The notes under the pieces: generated by a model | What the model saw: only the letters and a program-made list of their open reading frames with translations | Told to the model about the DNA's origin: nothing | Database searches by the model: none | Assembly (NCBI GenBank): GCA_964557365.1 | Contig: CAZKZW010000004.1 | Location: 1 to 32,097, forward strand | Origin: an uncultured Pseudomonadales bacterium | Lineage (GTDB): Bacteria; Patescibacteriota; Microgenomatia; UBA1400; RBG-16-45-19 | Length of the DNA stretch: 32,097 nt | Direction of reading: 5' to 3' | Translations under genes and position numbers: made by a program | Shown: piece by piece, positions 1 to 8,442 of the stretch | Numbering within the stretch: the stretch's first letter is position 1 | Layout of the letters: each line of letters starts with the position of its first letter

Positions 1-373
1 TCAATTAATAAATTAGAAAAAATCTTAGAGCAGGAAAATTTAGAGTATCTATCTCCTGAAAAAGGGGGGGGGTGGTGCCGAACAAATCGAGCAGGTAATT
101 GCCGAGATAAGCATCAATAATGTGATATTTCAGATTTTGATAAGCCTTGCTGCAAGCTATATTGAAAAACTACTTAAAAAGTTATGGATATTTGCAAAAG
201 AACATAAAAATCCAAAGAACAAACATCGTCAACATGTTCATATCTACTTTTACCTTGGATTGCTAAAAAAGAATGCAGTCTTTTTGAATTTTAATATTGA
301 AGACAGGCATAATAGATCTGAAATCCTAAAACTTATAAAGAAAAACAAACACCCTGTTGTGAGAAGTAATTAG
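1..373 (+). pseudogene. 3' part of an ORF that switches reading frame at a G9 tract. It could be a frameshifted gene, a phase-variable gene or an assembly error.
   Basis: Frame 1 is open from the window edge to TAA 118-120 (SINKLEKILEQENLEYLSPEKGGGWCRTNRAGNCRDKHQ*). Frame 2 is open from about 47 to TAG 371-373 (…GGAEQIEQVIAEISINNVIFQILISLAASYIEKLLKK…). The two frames meet exactly at the G9 run 64-72. The track ORF 122-373 starts at a GTG with no upstream promoter or SD. Confidence 0.3.
64..72. repeat. Homopolymeric G9 tract
   Basis: Direct reading: aaa ggggggggg tgg, with nine consecutive G at 64-72. Confidence 0.95.
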
Positions 374-435
374 TTCTAATCTCGTTCCAGATTGGCAGCA
401 CTTTGACTCATTCTGTTCGCTCAGTGCTTTCGACT

Positions 436-444
436 TGGTATAAT
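436..444 (+). promoter_or_regulatory. Extended -10 promoter element (TGgTATAAT) for the 455-913 gene
   Basis: TG at 436-437 and TATAAT at 439-444. The ATG at 455 lies 10 nt after the hexamer, which implies a 3-4 nt or absent leader. No SD is present. Confidence 0.5.
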
Positions 445-454
445 TTCATAAACT

Positions 455-913
455 ATGACACTTACCCAGCAACTTTTTATTCTTATTTATGGACTCATAA
501 ATTTAGTGGTGTTTTTCATGGGACTTCACCATTCCAAGACAAAACAGCAATCTTTTGTACTTACTCCTTTATTGTGTGTCTTTGGAATATTTGTGTGGGG
601 TGACGCCGTAATCCTGGGATTATTCTGGTCAATGGCTGCGGGTATTGGGCTGTTGTTACAAGATTGGTATCTATTCTTGTTGATCATTTCTCTTTTTTGG
701 GCAATACGAGGTTTGGGAGAGACTGTGTACTGGATTAACCAGCAGTTCTCTACCATAAACCGCAACAATCCACCTCAATTACTGGGACATGCCATATTTC
801 ATGCAGATGCTGTATGGTTTGCCTACCAACTTTTTTGGCAAATGGTATGTGTCGGCACCATAATCACCTCAATATATTTGAGTCACGTCTGGTTACGTTC
901 TCTCTCTGTTTAG
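455..913 (+). CDS. Hypothetical integral membrane protein (152 aa)
   Basis: Uninterrupted ORF with 4-5 hydrophobic helices (LFILIYGLINLVVFFMGL, LLCVFGIFVWGDAVILGLFW, YLFLLIISLFWAI, MVCVGTIITSIYL). I recognise no family motif. Confidence 0.6.
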   Translation: MTLTQQLFILIYGLINLVVFFMGLHHSKTKQQSFVLTPLLCVFGIFVWGDAVILGLFWSMAAGIGLLLQDWYLFLLIISLFWAIRGLGETVYWINQQFSTINRNNPPQLLGHAIFHADAVWFAYQLFWQMVCVGTIITSIYLSHVWLRSLSV

Positions 914-1182
914 CGTGAGAATAGTGAGCGGGGGGCTTTGGGCGAAGCTTCGTTGACGACGATTTTTCGACCGCCAACTTCGGAGCCGTTGAATTTTTCA
1001 ATCGCACTCAAACCTTCAGCATCGTTCTCAAATTCCACAAAACCAAAGCCTTTGGAACGACCTGTTTGACGATCAGTCAACACGACAGCATCTGAAACAG
1101 TACCACAACTCATAAACATGGAACGAAGTTCGTCGCTGGCGACTGACCATGGAAGCGAACCAACAAATAAACGTTTTGCCAT
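910..1182 (-). CDS. RRM-type RNA-binding protein (90 aa)
   Basis: RNP-2 motif LFVGSL near the N-terminus and RNP-1 motif KGFGFVEF. The size is typical of bacterial single-RRM proteins. Confidence 0.9.
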   Translation of the reverse strand: MAKRLFVGSLPWSVASDELRSMFMSCGTVSDAVVLTDRQTGRSKGFGFVEFENDAEGLSAIEKFNGSEVGGRKIVVNEASPKAPRSLFSR

Positions 1183-1311
1183 TACATACCTTTTTCAACT
1201 CATTGATATGATCCACACGTTACCGTTTGGAAAATTTTGTCTATTGTATCAGATTATTCCTAAAACATTTTTATCATCATAATTGGATATATTACTTTCA
1301 CATATCCACCA

Positions 1312-1339
1312 TTGACCTGCTTTACAGCAGTGTTATAAT
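1312..1339 (+). promoter_or_regulatory. Sigma-70-like promoter of the giant surface-protein gene
   Basis: TTGACC (1312-1317), a 16-nt spacer, then TGtTATAAT (TG 1331-1332, TATAAT 1334-1339). The ATG at 1390 gives a roughly 45-nt leader without a clear SD. Confidence 0.5.
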
Positions 1340-1389
1340 GCGGGCAAACTTAGAAAATGCTTAATAATTACGTTTGTTTTGGTATATAA

Positions 1390-4300
1390 ATGAAGCATTA
1401 TACTTGGCTAAATAAAACAACTGCCATTGTGAATGCTCTTTCGTTGGTTTTCCAATTACTTTATCCTGGTCTTTTTGTCTTAGCAACAACCTCTGCAAAA
1501 GCAGCAGGTATTCCTGCTGCATCAATTTCGTTTGATGGAGGCAAAAACACTTTTCATCTTTCAGTTTCAACTCAACAAGAAGTGAAATATTCTCTGTGGT
1601 ATACACGGGAAAATGGGCCAACTGAAATAGTTAATGGAACTGAAACTAAAACGCCTCAATTTGAAAAAGAAATTTATGCCGGGACTTGCTCTAATGGAAT
1701 TTGTGTTTCTCATCAAGTTAAAAAGGGTTTATTGAAATGGTCTGCAGGAGTCATGCAAGGAGCAATTGTTTTTGTGGTGGATCAGGATAATCTTTCCGTA
1801 AAGTCGACCTATGGAATAGACAAGTTTGATCTGACTCCGGATGAAGAAAAGTGGCTGAATGAAACTGACTCTTCACCCCCCACGTCATCATTAGCAGCTC
1901 CTACTGTTGAGACTCCCAAGGAGTGCTTGGCGGAAGGCACATCTATAACAACAGGTGGTGATTGGATTTGGAAGATTGATAGTGCGACGGGTATGGCAGA
2001 GACGAAAGAAGTGGTGAAGTTGGGCATGAAGTACGTGTTCCCTCAAAATAATAATGTGTCGGTAACATTTAATTGTTTACCTAAAGATGAATCACTTCGA
2101 ACTACTCTAAAGATTCAACAGATTAAAACAGCTGATCTGAAACTTCCCAGTGATATGACTAATGTCGGCGAGTATGCCTATGACATTACGACTGGTATGG
2201 AAGATGGAACCTTTAATTATGATGTAACGTTACCCAAAGCTGGTGATGGAGATTCGAGTGTCTCATATATTGAGAAGCCGTTGGAAACTGCGAAGAATTA
2301 TCAGATTGGGGCCGCAGAAGTTCGACGTATAAGTGATTCAAACTTGTCTGAATCTGGATCTCAGGTAAAAGCCTCTAACCTCGATCATTTCACGATTTAT
2401 ATTGTTACCACTTCTGGTAATGCTCCTACATTATCAACTGCTTTAGTTAACGGACAAACTCAAGTAACTGTTCCACCATCTACCTCTATCACGATTGATG
2501 TCACAATAAAGACAGATGGAGGTGGCTCAGCAAATAACTGGAAATCAACTGGTTATCAAGTTGGCTCTCTAGCATGGCAATGTGCTAATACCCCTAATTA
2601 CACGTGGGGCGATTTCACTACATCTGAATCATTTAACTTGACTGCACCAGCCATACCTGAAACATATAGTCTTACTTTGAAGGCATACAATGATGAAAAT
2701 TGTACTGGTGGGGTAAGTGTTCCACACATTATGGACAATGCAATTACTGTTGCTAGTCCCCCTCCATCATTAATTCCACCTGTCCTTACCGACAATCCGG
2801 CAGATGATTATTCACTTACTTCAGTAACAGGAATTTGGACGAGTATTAGTGGTGGATCTGGTTATGAAGGAATTGGAACAAGTGAAGTTCATTGGGGAAA
2901 CCCTTCTGGATCAACTAAGAGTGGATTAGAATTCACCAATAGTGGAACTCAATCATTTAATAGTGGTGAAACATTTTACTTGGGCATGTTGACTCATATG
3001 AACTGGGGAACGTATTCAGGTACAGCGGCAAATGGCGCCACACTTCAAATTACCCTTGATTTTAATCGGCCGGAAATAACTAACCCCATGTTTTCTTATG
3101 ATTTCGATATAGAAGAAACATTGAATCAATATGGAAGTTGTCAACCTTATCAACAATCATCGACTCCGTGTGATGACAAAATTACTTTTCCTGCAAGTTA
3201 TGGCACTCAATCATTTACGATTGGAGATGTATTATACACTTTGGTGATTGATGGTTTTGTTAATGCATATCCTTCAGGTGTCGCGATCACACGGTTTATT
3301 ACCGAAGAGCAAAAGGATAATTCAGCTTTCTTAGTAGGACACTTGTCATCGGTTTTAGTTGAGCAGCCTGATATTACCGTCACAAAAAAGACAAATGGAC
3401 AAGATATATCAAGTGCTCCTGGTCCCGATATTTATGTAGGGAATCCTGTTAATTGGACATATATTATTCAAAATACTGGCAATGTAGCATTGACTGAAAT
3501 TTCAGTTATTGATAGTCCAGTTATTACTATCAGTTGTCCCAGTACAACACTGGCACCAGGCGCCAGTATGACATGCACAGCATCAGGAACTGCTACAGAA
3601 GGACAATTTGAAAACACGGCAACAGTAATGGGGACAACTCCAACAAATTCGGTGGTATCTGATACTGATAGTAGTTGGTATAACGGGATTTTGATTCCAT
3701 TCTGTGGAGATGGAATAGTTAATCAAACTTCTGAACAATGTGATAATGCTTTAAATAATGGGATTGTGTGTTCACCATCGTATGGTTCTAGCTGTGATTA
3801 CTGTAGCGCAACTTGTCAAACGGTAACGGTCACTGGACCTTATTGTGGGGATGGAATAATCAATGGAACAGAACAGTGTGATGGAACAGATTTGGGTGAA
3901 TTGCCTGCTTCAGATTTTTCTTGTACTCCAAGTTGTTCCTTGGAATTACTGGAAGACAAAGTGACCATTTGTCATGCAACAGATAGTCATACAAATCCGT
4001 ATAACGTTCAAAATCCAAATAAGTCAGCTGATGTAAGTGGGCATGATGGACATAATGGTCCAATTTGGTATCCCGGGATAACTGTTAATTGGGGTGATAT
4101 TATTCCTCCATTCTATTATGTGGGTGGACATTATGATGGTAAAAATTGGACGACTGAAGGACAAGAAATTTGGGAAAATGATTGTGAAGTTCTTCCTACA
4201 ACCGGCTCAATAACAATTACAAAAACAGCTATCCCAAGCATTGATACATCAACATGGAATTTTACTGTATCAGGTACTGACGGAACTTATTCACATTCCC

Positions 4301-7300
4301 TTGGTAGTGGACAGTCTCATACATTTTCTAACCTCCAACCGGGATCATACAACATTTCTGAGCAAACTAATTCAGGATACGTAACGACAGTACAATGTGA
4401 TGGTAACGGTCCGTTTACACAAAATGGATTCTTAGGATCAGTTGTAGCAGGAGAAGATCTTGCATGTGTGTTTACTAATACTAAAAAGGGTTCGATTAGC
4501 GGTTATAAATATGAAGATTTTGATGGAAATGTAAACACTGGAAGTGATAGATTTGGCCATGCGGGTTGGACAATTCAGCTCTATCAAAACGACTCATTAA
4601 TTGCGTCTACCACCACAAATTCATCCGGGTTTTATACATTTAATAACATTGTCCCAGGGACATACGTTGTTAAGGAAGTTCAGCAAAGTGGTTGGTTTAA
4701 GTTACTTCCAACGACCGATTCTTTGACCGTAACCGTTGATCCGGGAGAAAGTGATTCTGGAAACAATTTTGTAAATGTTCATTACGCTACAGTGAAAGTG
4801 TATAAAAATATTGATACTGACGCAGATGGTATTGTCGATATAACAAATTCTTCTGATTGGAATTGGAATATTGATGGAAATGGAAATTACACTACAGGGT
4901 CTACTGCTACGTCAGTGGTGCCTGGTGATAGAATTATCTCTGAAGTACCACAGGCTGGTTATCATGTAACATCTCTCATTTGTAATAATGGACAAGCTGA
5001 TAATACAAATTATGGCGCTGTGGAAAGTCAAGTTGTGGATGTTTGGCCCTGGCAAGAATTGGTTTGTACCTTTACCAACACTCGGGATGTGGGCACACTT
5101 CGTGTTGTAAAAGAACTCACCAATGACAATGGTGGTAATCGAGAAAAAGATGATTTTAGTTTCAAAATTGATGGTGGAGATGATATTTTCTTTAATACAA
5201 ACGGTATTAATGAACATGTATTGCCGGTAGGTTCTTATTCTGTCGTCGAAAATGCAACAGATGGATATTTGACAAGTTATTCAAACTGTTTACCTGCGGT
5301 TGTAACTCTAGGGAATACGACTACCTGCACCATCACCAATGATGATCAGCCAGCTCAACTAACCCTCATTAAACAAGTAACGAATAACAATGGAGGCAAT
5401 GATTCAGCTTCTGCATGGACATTGACTGCTTTAGGATCCTCTACGATTTCTGGGGTAACAGGAAGCTCATCAGTAACTAATGCATCGGTAAGTGCAGGTA
5501 TCTATACCCTCTCTGAATCAGGTCCAACTGGATATGAAGCTGGTGATTGGGTATGTGATGGTGGAACTCAAGATGGTAATCAAATCCAACTTGATAATGG
5601 TCAATCAGCTACCTGTACTATCACCAATGATGACATTACTCCTACATTGACCGTAGTAAAAAATGTCATTAATGATAATGGTGGAACACTTACTGCAACT
5701 GATTTTTCTATCAAATTAAACAATGATGCGCTTTCGTTTTCGACCGCAACTCAATCTGGAGCCACAACTACATATGTTTCAACTCCTGTTGTGCAAGCGA
5801 ATACTTCCTATATCCTCAGTGAATCTGATTTGTCTGGATATCAAGAAGGTACTTGGAGTTGTATTGATGTTGATACTGAACAAACCGTTACAGCCGCTAC
5901 ACTCAATGAAGGTCAGAATGTTCGTTGTACGATTACCAATGATGATGTGGCACCCACACTTCGATTAATTAAATCAGTTCGTTCTGGAGATGCTCAGCCG
6001 GAGGATTTTACCTTGACTGCGACGGGCACTAACGGGTTTAGTGATGTAGGAAATTCGACCACATTCCACCCCATTGATGCGAATACTCCCTATACACTTT
6101 CAGAGTCAACAGTCGAAGGCTATTCCCAATTAGGATCATGGTCATGTGATCAGAGGGTAAATGTAAATCGAAATAGTCAGATATCATTGTTCCTTGGACA
6201 AAATATCACTTGTACCGTGACAAATATCCGAGATACAGGATCGGTGAAGGTTCATAAGCGAATTGACACTGATGCAAATGGATCGTTTGAAAGTGGAGAT
6301 GTGTATGCATATTTTAATAACTTCCGATGGGTATTGGATGGTTCAGAAAAGATTTTTGGAGATACTATTCACGGCCTCGCCACGACAATCACAGGATATG
6401 ATCATACCTTTGATGAAAGTATGCCGGCTGGATATCATTTTGTCAGTTGGTATAACACAAACGAATGGAGACGATCTTGTGATAATCCAAATGGAACCAC
6501 ATTACCCACAACAATTGATGTGACTAAAGGCCGCACTACAGAAATTACTCTCTGTAATGCACGCGACACGGGAACACTTGTTGCTCATAAGTTTGAGGAC
6601 AATAATGCAAACCAAGCCCAAGATGGTAGTGAATCATCACTCACGAATTGGGATATGAATCTTTACCGTGGCTCTGATTGTCGAACAGGTAATTATCTTC
6701 GTGATCTGGATACCAATACTTCTGGAAATGCTAATTTTGGGACTCTCACAACAGGAAATTATTCTGTCCGTGAAGAATTGAGAGATGGTTGGCACAACAC
6801 CCTTCCACTGTGTCAAAACGTGACTATCACTAAAGATAATACTTCTACTATTCTTTTCGGCAACTACCGTACTGGGTCTATTACGATAAAGAAATTCACT
6901 CATCCTGTGAGTACGGAAACGTTCACCTACCGCGGGTCATTTGGAACACACACCTTCTTTAATAACTATGATCACGAATATGATGATTTACCGATTGGTA
7001 CCTATACAATTGCTGAAGATCAAGAAAATGGTTGGTACTTGAAAGATCTTACCTGTACTAATGGAGCTGTGTCACTGGAAAATAGAACCGCAACTATTTC
7101 GATTACCCCCGGCTTAGATGTCACTTGTACCTTCTCGAATTACAAAATGGGCACCATTCATGGTGAAAAATATTTTGACCAGGATGGAAATGGTAGTCAA
7201 GGATTGTTTGAACCCTTTATGAACGGATGGAGAATCTTCTTGGATGAAGATGAAGATGGAATGTATGACATTGGAGAACGATCTGAAATAACTCATGGAA

Positions 7301-8442
7301 GTTATTGGTTGCTTGGATGGCATGATTTGGGAGACTATTGGTTTGAGAATCTGATGCCGGGAGAATACCGTGTGTGTGAAGAAATGCAATCTGGTTGGGT
7401 ACCTGTATCAGGGAGTAACTGCAAGACCACCACCATTCACGCTGAAGGTGGAGATATAGACATTGTCCGATTTGGAAATTGGCAAGTTGGAACAGTAACT
7501 GTGTATAAATACAATGATTTGGATGGGAATGGAGAAAAGAATGATGAAGAGGTATATTTATCCGATTGGACAATTTACCTACAAGGTGATGACGTTGCCT
7601 CACAATCGGCAATAACAAATGCGAGTGGATCAGCGGTATTTACCCATCTTGTTCCTGGTCAGTACTCTGTCTCAGAAGATATGAAAACGGGTTGGGAACA
7701 AACAGGAATATCATGCGGAATTGGTGAAGAAGGTCTTGAAGGTGCTACATTTACTCTTCGCGGTGGAGCGGATGTGGTCTGTGAAATTGGGAATCGATAC
7801 GTTACTCCTGAATTAACCATTGAGAAGTTTAATAACAGTTGGCCAAATACGGTCGGCTTGGGTGGTTTGGTGACCTATACCATCAAGGTAAAAGCACTGA
7901 AGAATCCCGTGTACAACGTCCAGGTAAGAGACTTGTTACCGTTGGATGTAATATATCAAGCTGGCTCATATCAGGCTGTATCAGATAAGCACGGAGTCTT
8001 GAGTATTTCTGAACCCACTTATGCATCTCCCGGAACATGGACACTACCCACCATGGAAATGGACGAGGAGGTAACACTGACGTATATAGGGAAAGTCGGA
8101 AGTGATATTGATGCGGGTATATATAAAGATGTAGCTTGGGCACGAGGAACTGAATATGGTGATAGTTCAAGTGAATATGTGGTGGCGTCTGCAGTTGATG
8201 AGGGTAAGATAGCTGATTCTTTTGTCGGAACAAATATCTTGGTCGACCGAAGTTTGCAAGAAAATGTGTCAGTTAAATTGACAAAGGAAATGATTACTGA
8301 GGGGAAAGTCTTGGGTGTAACCAGTGAATTACCTGCTACAGGTCAATCAAGCTGGCTCACAATTATTGCTCTTGTTTCGCTTGCATCAGGTATTGGTATT
8401 CAATTCTGGTTGTTGAAAAAATCAAGGAAACAACATGAATAA
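1390..8442 (+). CDS. Giant (2350 aa) sortase-anchored mosaic surface protein / putative adhesin
   Basis: Single uninterrupted ORF. N-terminal hydrophobic signal/anchor (aa 11-38, …LATTSAKAAG). DUF11-like repeats (aa ~660-760, TVTKKTNGQD…NTGNVALTEISVID; and aa ~2139-2250). CGDG…QCD cysteine repeats (aa 772-855). About twelve consecutive ~100-aa Ig-like / SdrD-B / Cna-B-like modules (aa ~938-2138, e.g. GSISGYKYEDFDGN…GFYTFNNIVPGTYVVKE). C-terminal LPATG, a hydrophobic helix and a KKSRKQHE tail. Confidence 0.95.
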   Translation: MKHYTWLNKTTAIVNALSLVFQLLYPGLFVLATTSAKAAGIPAASISFDGGKNTFHLSVSTQQEVKYSLWYTRENGPTEIVNGTETKTPQFEKEIYAGTCSNGICVSHQVKKGLLKWSAGVMQGAIVFVVDQDNLSVKSTYGIDKFDLTPDEEKWLNETDSSPPTSSLAAPTVETPKECLAEGTSITTGGDWIWKIDSATGMAETKEVVKLGMKYVFPQNNNVSVTFNCLPKDESLRTTLKIQQIKTADLKLPSDMTNVGEYAYDITTGMEDGTFNYDVTLPKAGDGDSSVSYIEKPLETAKNYQIGAAEVRRISDSNLSESGSQVKASNLDHFTIYIVTTSGNAPTLSTALVNGQTQVTVPPSTSITIDVTIKTDGGGSANNWKSTGYQVGSLAWQCANTPNYTWGDFTTSESFNLTAPAIPETYSLTLKAYNDENCTGGVSVPHIMDNAITVASPPPSLIPPVLTDNPADDYSLTSVTGIWTSISGGSGYEGIGTSEVHWGNPSGSTKSGLEFTNSGTQSFNSGETFYLGMLTHMNWGTYSGTAANGATLQITLDFNRPEITNPMFSYDFDIEETLNQYGSCQPYQQSSTPCDDKITFPASYGTQSFTIGDVLYTLVIDGFVNAYPSGVAITRFITEEQKDNSAFLVGHLSSVLVEQPDITVTKKTNGQDISSAPGPDIYVGNPVNWTYIIQNTGNVALTEISVIDSPVITISCPSTTLAPGASMTCTASGTATEGQFENTATVMGTTPTNSVVSDTDSSWYNGILIPFCGDGIVNQTSEQCDNALNNGIVCSPSYGSSCDYCSATCQTVTVTGPYCGDGIINGTEQCDGTDLGELPASDFSCTPSCSLELLEDKVTICHATDSHTNPYNVQNPNKSADVSGHDGHNGPIWYPGITVNWGDIIPPFYYVGGHYDGKNWTTEGQEIWENDCEVLPTTGSITITKTAIPSIDTSTWNFTVSGTDGTYSHSLGSGQSHTFSNLQPGSYNISEQTNSGYVTTVQCDGNGPFTQNGFLGSVVAGEDLACVFTNTKKGSISGYKYEDFDGNVNTGSDRFGHAGWTIQLYQNDSLIASTTTNSSGFYTFNNIVPGTYVVKEVQQSGWFKLLPTTDSLTVTVDPGESDSGNNFVNVHYATVKVYKNIDTDADGIVDITNSSDWNWNIDGNGNYTTGSTATSVVPGDRIISEVPQAGYHVTSLICNNGQADNTNYGAVESQVVDVWPWQELVCTFTNTRDVGTLRVVKELTNDNGGNREKDDFSFKIDGGDDIFFNTNGINEHVLPVGSYSVVENATDGYLTSYSNCLPAVVTLGNTTTCTITNDDQPAQLTLIKQVTNNNGGNDSASAWTLTALGSSTISGVTGSSSVTNASVSAGIYTLSESGPTGYEAGDWVCDGGTQDGNQIQLDNGQSATCTITNDDITPTLTVVKNVINDNGGTLTATDFSIKLNNDALSFSTATQSGATTTYVSTPVVQANTSYILSESDLSGYQEGTWSCIDVDTEQTVTAATLNEGQNVRCTITNDDVAPTLRLIKSVRSGDAQPEDFTLTATGTNGFSDVGNSTTFHPIDANTPYTLSESTVEGYSQLGSWSCDQRVNVNRNSQISLFLGQNITCTVTNIRDTGSVKVHKRIDTDANGSFESGDVYAYFNNFRWVLDGSEKIFGDTIHGLATTITGYDHTFDESMPAGYHFVSWYNTNEWRRSCDNPNGTTLPTTIDVTKGRTTEITLCNARDTGTLVAHKFEDNNANQAQDGSESSLTNWDMNLYRGSDCRTGNYLRDLDTNTSGNANFGTLTTGNYSVREELRDGWHNTLPLCQNVTITKDNTSTILFGNYRTGSITIKKFTHPVSTETFTYRGSFGTHTFFNNYDHEYDDLPIGTYTIAEDQENGWYLKDLTCTNGAVSLENRTATISITPGLDVTCTFSNYKMGTIHGEKYFDQDGNGSQGLFEPFMNGWRIFLDEDEDGMYDIGERSEITHGSYWLLGWHDLGDYWFENLMPGEYRVCEEMQSGWVPVSGSNCKTTTIHAEGGDIDIVRFGNWQVGTVTVYKYNDLDGNGEKNDEEVYLSDWTIYLQGDDVASQSAITNASGSAVFTHLVPGQYSVSEDMKTGWEQTGISCGIGEEGLEGATFTLRGGADVVCEIGNRYVTPELTIEKFNNSWPNTVGLGGLVTYTIKVKALKNPVYNVQVRDLLPLDVIYQAGSYQAVSDKHGVLSISEPTYASPGTWTLPTMEMDEEVTLTYIGKVGSDIDAGIYKDVAWARGTEYGDSSSEYVVASAVDEGKIADSFVGTNILVDRSLQENVSVKLTKEMITEGKVLGVTSELPATGQSSWLTIIALVSLASGIGIQFWLLKKSRKQHE
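5086..6234 (+). repeat. Four tandem, diverged ~96-104-aa domain repeats inside the giant CDS, each ending C-T-[IV]-T-N
   Basis: CTITNDD is encoded at 5326-5346, 5614-5634 and 5926-5946, and CTVTNIRD at 6211-6234. Each module opens with a (T/Q)L(R/T)(V/L)(V/I)K…N(D/N)NGG-type strand (TLRVVKELTNDNGGN, QLTLIKQVTNNNGGN, TLTVVKNVINDNGGT, TLRLIKSVRSGDAQ). Confidence 0.7.
8329..8442 (+). other. Cell-wall sorting signal of the giant protein (LPATG + TM + basic tail)
   Basis: tta cct gct aca ggt at 8329-8343 encodes LPATG. It is followed by QSSWLTIIALVSLASGIGIQFWLL and KKSRKQHE-stop. Confidence 0.9.

Noticed and set aside
1809-8233. Numerous 60-130-aa antisense or out-of-frame ORFs inside the giant gene (e.g. 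4912-5217 -, 7217-7618 -, 7883-8233 -, 5723-5968 +, 6263-6523 +).
   Set aside because: They lie entirely within a 7-kb ORF that has strong domain-level support. Their translations are low-complexity (His/Ile/Leu-rich), and none has a promoter or SD.
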